From assembly GCF_000011805.1 (NCBI RefSeq), contig NC_006840.2: a stretch of DNA of 32,000 nt. One strand, written 5' to 3'. A model generated the notes under the pieces. It saw only the letters and a program-made list of their open reading frames with translations, made no database searches and was not told the origin of the DNA. How positions within the stretch are numbered: position 1 is the stretch's first letter; each line of letters starts with the position of its first letter. Positions 7,982 to 15,774 of the stretch are shown here, piece by piece. The DNA comes from Aliivibrio fischeri ES114 (GTDB taxonomy: Bacteria; Pseudomonadota; Gammaproteobacteria; Enterobacterales; Vibrionaceae). The translations under genes were made by a program, and so were the position numbers.

Positions 7982-8863
7982 ATGATTCGTTTATTTGTAC
8001 TTTGCTTATCGCTGATGATGAGCTCAACTGCATTGGCTGAAGATGCTCAATCAATCGATAATTTACAACAATTTGCCAGTTTAATCCGTTGGAGTGGTGT
8101 TGCAGCCTCCTTCTTTATTATCCTAGGTGCGTGGTTATTCTTACGTTTTATTCAATCAATTGTCGATGGGGTAAGTAGCCAATTTGCTCAGCGCCGTATG
8201 TTGATGCAAAAGCTGCAATCGTTCTTTCAATTCTTTATTTACATGTCGACAGCCGTTGCGGTTTTCATGTTGAGTTTTCGAGTTGATGATCGAGTCTTAG
8301 CTTTAATTGGTGGTACGATTGCGGTATCTGTGGGTTTTGCCTTAAAAGACCTTACCGCCTCTTTCATCGCAGGCTTAACCGTAATGATTGATCGTCCATT
8401 CCAAGTGGGTGACCGGGTGACGTTTGAAGGCCACTACGGTGACATTATCGCCATTGGTCTTCGCTCTGTTCGCATGCAAACCTTGAACGACGATATTATT
8501 ACCATTCCAAATAACAAATTCTTAAATGAAGTCACCGTCAGTGGTAACTACGGTGGGTTGGATATGCAGGTGGTGATCCCTTTCTATATTGGAATGGATC
8601 AAGACATCAATAAAGCACGAGATATCATCCAAGAAGCGGCGTCTTCAAGTCGTTATATTCACTTACCAAAACCGGTTGTGGTATTAGTAAAGCAGACGAT
8701 TACCGATAACTATTTGGCGATTCAACTGACCTGTAAAGCTTATGTGGTAGATATTAAGTTTGAAAAACTCTTTGAAACAGACATTACGTTACGTGTGATG
8801 CAAGAGTTTAGGAAAGCCAATATCATTCCACCAACCATCGCAATACAGAGCAAATTAGCGTAA
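7982..8863 (+). CDS. MscS-family small-conductance mechanosensitive channel protein
   Basis: 293-aa ORF. It has a signal-like N-terminus, 3 TM helices, and the pore-helix/beta-domain motif GFALKDLTASFIAGLTVMIDRPFQVGDRV...ITIPNNKF. Its ATG lies 1 nt after the upstream stop, preceded by GGTGA. Confidence 0.9.
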   Translation: MIRLFVLCLSLMMSSTALAEDAQSIDNLQQFASLIRWSGVAASFFIILGAWLFLRFIQSIVDGVSSQFAQRRMLMQKLQSFFQFFIYMSTAVAVFMLSFRVDDRVLALIGGTIAVSVGFALKDLTASFIAGLTVMIDRPFQVGDRVTFEGHYGDIIAIGLRSVRMQTLNDDIITIPNNKFLNEVTVSGNYGGLDMQVVIPFYIGMDQDINKARDIIQEAASSSRYIHLPKPVVVLVKQTITDNYLAIQLTCKAYVVDIKFEKLFETDITLRVMQEFRKANIIPPTIAIQSKLA

Positions 8864-8871
8864 TAGAAAAT

Positions 8872-8907
8872 AAAAAAGGTAGAGTTATTAGGCTCTACCT
8901 TTTTTTA
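8872..8907. terminator. Bidirectional rho-independent terminator
   Basis: An A-run, stem AGGTAGAG / CTCTACCT, then TTTTTTT. It sits between convergent genes. Confidence 0.85.
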
Positions 8908-8924
8908 TTGGATGAGGATCAGAA

Positions 8925-9764
8925 CTAAATTACGCCTAACTCTCGTAAACGCTCCATCAAATAGCTATTTGCAGTATGACGCTCAGACAATACAACCTCT
9001 GGTTTTGGGTGTAAGAACAAAGGTAAAGAAATACGAGACTTCGTCTTATCAGCACCTTCAGGATTAATCACTCGGTGCGTTGTTGATGGGTAATAGCCAC
9101 CCGATGCTTCTTGCAACATATCACCGATATTAATGATCAGATTACCAAAATCACATGGAACATCTAACCAATCACCCTCTTTTGTCTTAACTTGTAAACC
9201 CGGCTCATTTGCTGCTGGTAACACCGTCAGTAAATTAATATCTTCATGCGCCCCAGCACGAATCGCACCAAGCTCCTCATCCCCTTCTAGCGGTGGATAA
9301 TGAAGAACACGCAATAGTGTTTTTTCACTTCCCTCTATCATGCTAGATAAAGATTGTGAGTACAGTGCTGATACCTCTTCTGGTGAATATTCTTCTACCC
9401 AAGACAAAAGCTCAATCGCTAATGTATTCGCGTTATCGTAGTACTCTTGAATTTGTGCTTTTAATTCAGCAGGACATTGACCGGTAGGATAATAATGATA
9501 ATACTCTTTAATGTCTTTTTTAGTATGGCCTTTGGCTACTTCTGATACTGAAGCAGGAAAAAAACCATCTTGAGTATCGACATTAAATTGAAAGTTTTCT
9601 TTCTCTTGGCTATTAAAAAACGCATACCAATTATCATAAATACTTTGTACTGATTCTTGTTGAATTGGATGATTTTTTAACACTCCAAATCCAGTTTCTC
9701 TTAGCGACTTTACAAACAGCTCTGCTGCATTTTCAGCAGTGTAATCAATAGCTTCTAATTTCAT
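8925..9764 (-). CDS. 2-oxoglutarate/Fe(II)-dependent oxygenase (isopenicillin-N-synthase-like family)
   Basis: HxD...H facial triad context (GAHEDINLLTV ... STTHRVINP) and RISLPLF. I chose the ATG at 9764 (MKLEAIDY); the ORF-track start at 9791 is a TTG. Confidence 0.85.
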   Translation of the reverse strand: MKLEAIDYTAENAAELFVKSLRETGFGVLKNHPIQQESVQSIYDNWYAFFNSQEKENFQFNVDTQDGFFPASVSEVAKGHTKKDIKEYYHYYPTGQCPAELKAQIQEYYDNANTLAIELLSWVEEYSPEEVSALYSQSLSSMIEGSEKTLLRVLHYPPLEGDEELGAIRAGAHEDINLLTVLPAANEPGLQVKTKEGDWLDVPCDFGNLIINIGDMLQEASGGYYPSTTHRVINPEGADKTKSRISLPLFLHPKPEVVLSERHTANSYLMERLRELGVI

Positions 9765-9967
9765 AATTGTATTCTTTTTATTGTTGAGCAAGGGGTGATC
9801 TCAATAGTCTTTATTCACCTTAAGAAAAGGCATTCTGCTATTTGAGTATACAAAGCGAATTGTATTAAGATGAGGCTATAGGCTCAAGGATTAACGTCTA
9901 AAATATAGAAACAATTTGTTTACATCTAAAAACACAACTTTTCCGTGTAACAACATAAGGGATATTC

Positions 9968-10660
9968 ATGAAACACATTTTCATTACAGGCGCTAACCGT
10001 GGTATTGGCTTATCTTTTGTAAAATACTATTTGCAGCAGGGCCATCAAGTCAGTGCGACTTATCGTGATACCTCAACGGCTCAAGAGCTTCTTCAACTTG
10101 AAAATGACAATCCTGAACTTTCTTTGTATCAATTAGAACTGACTAATTACACTGCCATACAAGATGTAGCAAAAACGCTTTGCCATACTCCTATAGATAT
10201 TCTAATTAATAATGCCGGTTATTATGGCCCTAAAGGTTATGGTTTTGGGCACTGTGATGTTGAGGAATGGAAGAAAGTATTTGAAATCAATGCTATTGCA
10301 CCACAAAAGCTCGTAGAAGCGCTCTACCCTAGCTTGCAATTAAGCCGTGATAAAACCATCGTATGTATTTCTTCTAAAGTCGGCAGCATGACAGAGAACA
10401 CTTCAGGTGGAGGTTATATTTATCGTTCATCTAAGGCTGCATTAAACTCTGTAGTAAAAAGCTTAAGTAATGATTTAAAACCAGAAGGATTTACTGTTAT
10501 TGCGATGCACCCAGGTTGGGTTCAAACAGAGATGGGCGGACCAAATGCTTTAATTTCAACAGAAGAGTCTGTGAAGGGATTAACGAAAGTCATTGCCCAA
10601 CTATCCATTGAAAATAGTGGGCAATTTTTAAATTTTGATGGTACTGAATTACCTTGGTAG
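9968..10660 (+). CDS. Short-chain dehydrogenase/reductase (SDR) family oxidoreductase
   Basis: N-terminal TGANRGIG cofactor motif, NNAG, and catalytic YRSSKAALN. RBS AAGGGA. Confidence 0.9.
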   Translation: MKHIFITGANRGIGLSFVKYYLQQGHQVSATYRDTSTAQELLQLENDNPELSLYQLELTNYTAIQDVAKTLCHTPIDILINNAGYYGPKGYGFGHCDVEEWKKVFEINAIAPQKLVEALYPSLQLSRDKTIVCISSKVGSMTENTSGGGYIYRSSKAALNSVVKSLSNDLKPEGFTVIAMHPGWVQTEMGGPNALISTEESVKGLTKVIAQLSIENSGQFLNFDGTELPW

Positions 10661-10948
10661 TGGTTCTAAAATTCCGTTTCTTACCAAGCCACGTCGTACG
10701 TTTTTACACAGTTTAGCGAACTTATCAATCTCAGAGAAATTGGGCGTTTCACCACGCTCAATATAGGATTCCCAATACAAGAGTTCACTTTCAACCAGTT
10801 CAATCAATTTTCGTGGACAACCTACACACGTATCACCACATATCTGCGCTTCTGGTGCATCAAATGGAAAGTCAGCTTTCACCAACTCAATGATATTACG
10901 CATTGCGGTTTTACGATCCGGCTTTTGTGCTTTTACTTTTTCAGACAT
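10649..10948 (-). CDS. Small cysteine-containing protein of unknown function, translationally coupled to ycgN
   Basis: 99-aa ORF with the motif CGDTCVGCPRKL. Its ATG overlaps the ycgN stop (TAATG at 10946-10950). Confidence 0.65.
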   Translation of the reverse strand: MSEKVKAQKPDRKTAMRNIIELVKADFPFDAPEAQICGDTCVGCPRKLIELVESELLYWESYIERGETPNFSEIDKFAKLCKNVRRGLVRNGILEPLPR

Positions 10949-11388
10949 TAGCTTCTATGCGGATGGTTGGTGATGTGATCTTCCCAGTTCTTCACATCAA
11001 TAGCATAAACCACTTTATTTCTTACACTTTCACCAGCGGCGTGCATTGCTGATTTTGAACCTGTGATCAGCGGGTGCCACTCAGGTAACGGCTTATCTTC
11101 CGCTAATAAACGGTACGCACAAGTCAGTGGCAACCAGTTAAATTCTGCGATATTTTCACGACTTAGTTTTAGACACTCTTCACCTGATGTGAAACGTTTT
11201 GGGTAATCTTTACACGCGCATGTTTTGCTGTTTAGCCAGCTACATGCCACATTGGTGTAGTAAACTTCATCTGTATCTTCATCCATTAATTTGTGTAGAC
11301 AGCACTTACCACAGCCGTCACAAAGAGATTCCCACTCTTGTTCTGTCATTTCTTCTAATTTTTTTTGTTGCCAAAATTGCTCTGTCAT
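10948..11388 (-). CDS. ycgN: YcgN (UPF0260) family cysteine-cluster protein
   Basis: Strong similarity, from memory, to E. coli YcgN across FWQ.K.L.EM...[41 protein letters not shown] and WHPL.TGSK.AMH. Confidence 0.88.
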
Positions 11389-11510
11389 TGCTTTACACTC
11401 ATTATGGGAAGAGGCCGTTTTATACCACTCTGTTCCAAAAAAGCAAGTTTTGACCTAAAGATAGAAGAGTGATACCTTGCGCATCCTTTATTTTTTGCGT
11501 GAGTTTAATT

Positions 11511-11762
11511 ATGGAATGTCGATTAGGTTGCGGTGCGTGTTGCATTGCCCCAAGTATTACGTCATTTATCCCGGGAATGCCAAATGGTAAACCTGCTGGT
11601 GTTCGCTGTGTGCAATTAAATGAAGAGAATTTATGTAAGCTTTTTGGTAAGGCAGAACGCCCAAAGGTATGTCATCAATTTAGTGCTTGTCCTGATGTAT
11701 GCGGTTCAACCTCAGAACAAGCTATTCAAACCATCACTGAACTAGAGTCAATGACGTTATAA
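11511..11762 (+). CDS. YkgJ-type (CxxCxxCC) zinc/iron-chelating cysteine-cluster protein
   Basis: MECRLGCGACCIAPS..., with further Cys residues at CVQL, CKLF, VCHQF and CPDVC. I chose the ATG at 11511; the ORF-track start at 11469 is a GTG that adds a hydrophobic extension. Confidence 0.7.
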   Translation: MECRLGCGACCIAPSITSFIPGMPNGKPAGVRCVQLNEENLCKLFGKAERPKVCHQFSACPDVCGSTSEQAIQTITELESMTL

Positions 11763-11783
11763 TTCTTTTATAGAAGAATACGC

Positions 11784-12014
11784 TTACGATAGTACACGAA
11801 CAACGCTTTGTACTTGCTCTGCGATTTCAATGCCGTGGCTTGTTAAATAGCCACCATCTTCTTGTGTTACCAATCCTTTGCTGAAAAGACGCTTCATTGC
11901 TTCAATTGCTTCGGGTGCTGCGTCTGAGTGAACCTTTAAACCCGCTTGAGTGCTTTCTAGTGGGAATTGCTTGAGAAGGTTCATTTCTTCTACGATGTCT
12001 TTATTAAGTGGCAT
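11784..12014 (-). CDS. Small conserved hypothetical protein (76 aa, possible winged-helix fold)
   Basis: Clean ATG ORF with an upstream purine-rich tract, in its own intergenic context. I recognise no diagnostic motif with confidence. Confidence 0.55.
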   Translation of the reverse strand: MPLNKDIVEEMNLLKQFPLESTQAGLKVHSDAAPEAIEAMKRLFSKGLVTQEDGGYLTSHGIEIAEQVQSVVRVLS

Positions 12015-12094
12015 ATTTATATCTCTCTTATTTATTAACTGAATTCAGCATAGACTGTCTGAAAAATATTAAAACAGAGCTGGATCACACCTAT

Positions 12095-12135
12095 AAAAAA
12101 TCCCTATAGGATTACTCACTATAGGGATATTTTTT
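12095..12135 (-). terminator. Rho-independent terminator downstream of the Tim44-like gene (palindromic, flanked by A- and T-runs)
   Basis: Perfect 10-bp stem ATCCCTATAG (12100-12109) / CTATAGGGAT (12119-12128). It is flanked by AAAAAA upstream and TTTTT downstream. Confidence 0.85.
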
Positions 12136-12160
12136 AATCAATTTTCAGCTAGTTAAGTAC

Positions 12161-13054
12161 TTAAGCTTGAATACCGATAATTAACCATGGCGCATTTGGT
12201 TGTGTTAAATCACGCTCAAGGTGCCAAATATCAGTAATGTCTTCTTCAATACCTTCTACAGCATCACGGTAGCGACCAGAGAACTGAAGACTTAATTGAG
12301 CACGGTTTGCATCATAATCAGCACGAACCACTTCTGCATCCACATACATTACGTCTGTGTGTTGCTCGCCTTCAAGGGTTGCACGCTCTTGTACAAGATC
12401 ATTGTACAGACTGATTGAAACATACTCTTGAATCGTCTCAAGTTGGTTATGGTTCCATGCACCTTGTAAAATACGGTAGTGTTCACGAGAACCATTGATG
12501 AATGCTTGCATATCAAAACCCGGTGGGTAGTTATGCGGAACGTCATCAGCACTTGCTGCACCAAAACCACCAGTAGGTTGTGCTGTAGCTTGATCAGCTT
12601 GGAAGTATTGTTGATTATCACGGAAACTAGGCTGTGCATCCTGCTGACCTTGTGGGCCTGCATAAGCTGCACCTTGTCTCTGATTCATGCTACCCGCCTT
12701 GGCAGCCATCATTGAGCGGAATACCTTGAATAGAATGAATGCGATACCTGCCATGATAAGAATATCCATGAATTGGATACCTTCAAACGCACCACCACTA
12801 AATAGAGCTGCTAATAAACCACCAGCAAGTAGACCACCAAGCAAGCCGCCCATTAGGCCTTTTTTGCCTGATGCACTTTTTGTTGTGTCTTGCTTACCAA
12901 TAGTATTGGTATTTTGCTGTTTTTGTTTTGGCGCAGGCGCCGTTTTAAAGCTTTTACCAAATGACTTACCGCCACCGAATTTCTTTGCTTCTGCATGTGG
13001 TGCTGAAACCACAAAAACAAACATAAGGGCAACAATAGATAAAAGACGTTTCAT
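12161..13054 (-). CDS. Tim44-like domain membrane protein with signal peptide, Gly-zipper hydrophobic segment and Q-rich linker
   Basis: ATG at 13054 (MKRLLSIVALMFVFVVSAPHAEA), preceded by GGAAGAGG. It contains a Gly-rich TM segment GLMGGLLGGLLAGGLLAALFSGG and a C-terminal ~150-aa Tim44-like region (FDMQAFINGSREHYRILQGAWN...). The longer ORF to 13132 lacks an RBS. Confidence 0.8.
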   Translation of the reverse strand: MKRLLSIVALMFVFVVSAPHAEAKKFGGGKSFGKSFKTAPAPKQKQQNTNTIGKQDTTKSASGKKGLMGGLLGGLLAGGLLAALFSGGAFEGIQFMDILIMAGIAFILFKVFRSMMAAKAGSMNQRQGAAYAGPQGQQDAQPSFRDNQQYFQADQATAQPTGGFGAASADDVPHNYPPGFDMQAFINGSREHYRILQGAWNHNQLETIQEYVSISLYNDLVQERATLEGEQHTDVMYVDAEVVRADYDANRAQLSLQFSGRYRDAVEGIEEDITDIWHLERDLTQPNAPWLIIGIQA

Positions 13055-13276
13055 TACCTCTTCCTTATTTTTGGAATTAATTTGGATTGATAATAGCTTG
13101 CATTGAGGAACAATGGCAGCATTAATCTTCAATAGAATGTTTCAGAGTGTTAAAACAAACAGTTATCCGTCTCAAACATGTGCACTAACTCCTAATTGAC
13201 ATAACTCTTACTTGAAGATTATAGCCATACATTTAAAATTAAGAACAATGTACATAATTTTATAGCTCAGGTTAAC

Positions 13277-13876
13277 ATGGCGCGCAGAAACGACCATTCT
13301 CATCAAGAAATACGCGAAATGGCATTAGATAATGTTAAATTATTTCTTAATGAGCATAGTCATCACGAACTCAGTTTACGCAAACTGGCAAAAAGTATTG
13401 GTTATGTACCGAGTACATTAGTCAATATTTTTGGTAGCTATAACTTATTACTGCTTCGCTCTATCGCACAAACCCTTGATGAATTAATGCTTCAAATCTC
13501 ACAAGGTATTGAAAACAGTGCAACCCCTGAAGAGGCACTAAAAGCCATTGCTTATTGTTATTATGATTTTGCACAGCAGCAACCTAATCGTTGGAAGTTG
13601 GTATTTCAACATAATATGAATGGTGAAGCCCTACCGGAATGGCAAGAAAACCGCATTAATCAAATGATGTCGATCCTTGAAAGAATGATCTTCACCATTA
13701 ACAGTACGAAAACTCACGAAGATATCGTAGAAACAAGTCGAGTTATCTGGGCTGGTGTTCACGGCATAACCTTATTAAGTCTTGATGACCTACTTTTTTC
13801 AGCAACGCCGATTGATGGTCACAAACTTATTGATAATCTGCTGCTAAACTACATCAATCAATGGAAGCTTCATTAA
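13277..13876 (+). CDS. TetR/AcrR-family transcriptional regulator
   Basis: 199-aa ORF with an N-terminal HTH region (LSLRKLAKSIGYVPSTLVNIFGS) and a helical C-terminal domain. It lies directly upstream of, and on the same strand as, the MFS-acyltransferase gene. Confidence 0.85.
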   Translation: MARRNDHSHQEIREMALDNVKLFLNEHSHHELSLRKLAKSIGYVPSTLVNIFGSYNLLLLRSIAQTLDELMLQISQGIENSATPEEALKAIAYCYYDFAQQQPNRWKLVFQHNMNGEALPEWQENRINQMMSILERMIFTINSTKTHEDIVETSRVIWAGVHGITLLSLDDLLFSATPIDGHKLIDNLLLNYINQWKLH

Positions 13877-13905
13877 GCGATATTCTTTGGTAAAAAGGAT
13901 TTTTT

Positions 13906-15774
13906 ATGGCAAAGCAAGCCAAACTACTCACACAGCGTCGATTCCTTCCCTACTTTCTCACTCAATCTCTAGGGGCTTTTAACGACAATATTTTTAAAAA
14001 CACCCTATTATTGTTTGTTGCTTTTGCCAGTGTCGATTCTCTACCTATATCGTCTAATTTATTCATTAATTTGGCCGCAGGGTTATTCATTCTTCCTTTT
14101 TTTCTTTTTTCTGCTTTTGCTGGCGTACTGGCTGACAAGTATGAGAAATCGGCTTTTATACGCAAAGTTAAACTCGCTGAAATCATTATCATGCTCTTTG
14201 GGGCTATTGCCTTTGTTTTAAAAGACTTCACGCTATTACTTATTTTATTGTTTTTAATGGGCACTCAATCCGCTTTTTTTGGTCCAGTAAAATACGCTTT
14301 ACTCCCTCAGCAATTAAAAGAAGATGAGTTAGTTTCTGGTAATGCATTAGTTGAAACAGGTACTTTCTTAGCCATTCTATTTGGAACCATTGGCGCTGGC
14401 ATTATTGCTTCTCAAGAGAATGCACAATACATTGCCGCTGGTGCAGTGCTTCTTTTCGCAGTACTTGGCTATTTATCTAGTCGTTTCATCCCTTATGCAA
14501 AAGCCATTGACCCAACACTTTCATTTCGCTGGCGACCAATTCAGCAAACACGAAATACTATTTCAATCGCCCAAAAAGACAGCTCTGTATTTTTAGCGAT
14601 TATGGGGATCAGTTGGTTTTGGTTTTTAGGTGCAAGTTACTTAACTCAGTTTCCTAATTACACTCACCATTTTTTAAACGATAATGCAATTACTGTTAGT
14701 GTACTGCTGGCGTTGTTCTCAGTTGGCATTGCAGTAGGTTCATTAGCCTGTGATGTATTATCTAAACACCGTGTTGAACTAGGCATTATTCCTCTTGGCA
14801 GCCTTGGTATTACTATTTTTGGTTTCAATCTTTTTTTAGCGACGCCGGCAAATCCAATACATACCTCTGATTTTTTTGAAATCTTAACGCATCCAGATCT
14901 TTTCTCTGTTTTTGTTAATCTCTTTTTTCTAGGGGTTTCTGGAGGAATATTTATCGTTCCTTTATACACGTTAATCCAAAAACGACCTCAAGCAAAACAT
15001 CGATCTCAGATCATCGCGGCCAATAATATTTATAACGCCATCTTTATGGTAACAAGTGCTATTCTTGGGATTATTTGCTTATCTGTCATAGAGTTAAGTA
15101 TTCCTCAATTTTTCCTTCTTCTTGCGATATTAAATGGGATTGTCACCCTCTTTCTGTTTTTCCGTGTGCCTATTTTTATTATTCGCTTTGTTTTATGGGT
15201 CCTCACCCACACGGGATACCGAGTAAGCCATCAACATTTACATCATATTCCAGATGAAGGTGGCGCTTTGTTAGTATGTAATCACATCACTTACATGGAT
15301 GCCTTTATTATCAGTGGTGCATGCCCTCGTCCTATTCGATTCGTGATGGAGGAGGAATACGCAGAATTACCTTTAATTAAATACTTTTTCAAATTAACGA
15401 AAGTTATTCCAATTAATGCCACTAAAAGTAGCTCAATTCGACGAGCATTTATGGAGGTTGAGAACGCATTAACAAATGGGGAGATTGTGTTGATTTTTCC
15501 AGAAGGCGTGTTGACTCGTGATGGTGAAATCGGTCCTTTCTTACGAGGTATGGATATCATTTTAAAACGCTCACCGGTGCCAGTCATTCCAATGGCGCTG
15601 CGAGGCTTATGGGGAAGTTTCTTTAGTCGCCATGGCGGTAAAGCAATATTAAAACGCCCTAGTCGCTGTTGGTCTAAAGTAGAGGTGGTAGCAGGAGAAC
15701 CCGTACTACCACAAGATGCGACATCAAAACTGATGCGTGAAAAAGTAGCTCAATTACGCGGTGATTGGCAGTGA
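13906..15774 (+). CDS. Fusion protein: LplT-like MFS lysophospholipid transporter + PlsC-type acyltransferase domain
   Basis: The N-terminal ~430 aa are polytopic and show LplT-like motifs (FLTQSLGAFNDN; FFGPVKYALLPQQL...GNALVETGTFLAILFG). The C-terminal domain carries the HX4D motif NHITYMD (15283..15300) and FPEGVLTRDG. RBS AAAGGA. Confidence 0.85.
   Translation: MAKQAKLLTQRRFLPYFLTQSLGAFNDNIFKNTLLLFVAFASVDSLPISSNLFINLAAGLFILPFFLFSAFAGVLADKYEKSAFIRKVKLAEIIIMLFGAIAFVLKDFTLLLILLFLMGTQSAFFGPVKYALLPQQLKEDELVSGNALVETGTFLAILFGTIGAGIIASQENAQYIAAGAVLLFAVLGYLSSRFIPYAKAIDPTLSFRWRPIQQTRNTISIAQKDSSVFLAIMGISWFWFLGASYLTQFPNYTHHFLNDNAITVSVLLALFSVGIAVGSLACDVLSKHRVELGIIPLGSLGITIFGFNLFLATPANPIHTSDFFEILTHPDLFSVFVNLFFLGVSGGIFIVPLYTLIQKRPQAKHRSQIIAANNIYNAIFMVTSAILGIICLSVIELSIPQFFLLLAILNGIVTLFLFFRVPIFIIRFVLWVLTHTGYRVSHQHLHHIPDEGGALLVCNHITYMDAFIISGACPRPIRFVMEEEYAELPLIKYFFKLTKVIPINATKSSSIRRAFMEVENALTNGEIVLIFPEGVLTRDGEIGPFLRGMDIILKRSPVPVIPMALRGLWGSFFSRHGGKAILKRPSRCWSKVEVVAGEPVLPQDATSKLMREKVAQLRGDWQ

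Noticed and set aside
11199-11453. 84-aa plus-strand ORF overlapping ycgN
   Set aside because: It is antisense to the strongly conserved ycgN coding sequence and runs into the intergenic region. It has no RBS and a nonsense-like composition.
12349-13106. Four overlapping ORFs (60-139 aa) on both strands within the Tim44-like gene
   Set aside because: The frame encoding the Tim44-like protein has a signal peptide, a strong RBS and a recognisable C-terminal domain. The others are repetitive, proline/serine/leucine-rich translations typical of off-frame reading of biased sequence.
13962-15587. Nested ORFs inside the MFS-acyltransferase gene (13962..14264, 14015..14221, 14381..14596, 14664..14969, 15075..15257, 15291..15587)
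   Set aside because: All are contained within one continuous 622-codon ORF with clear MFS and PlsC motifs. T-rich membrane-protein coding sequence often yields such shadow ORFs.
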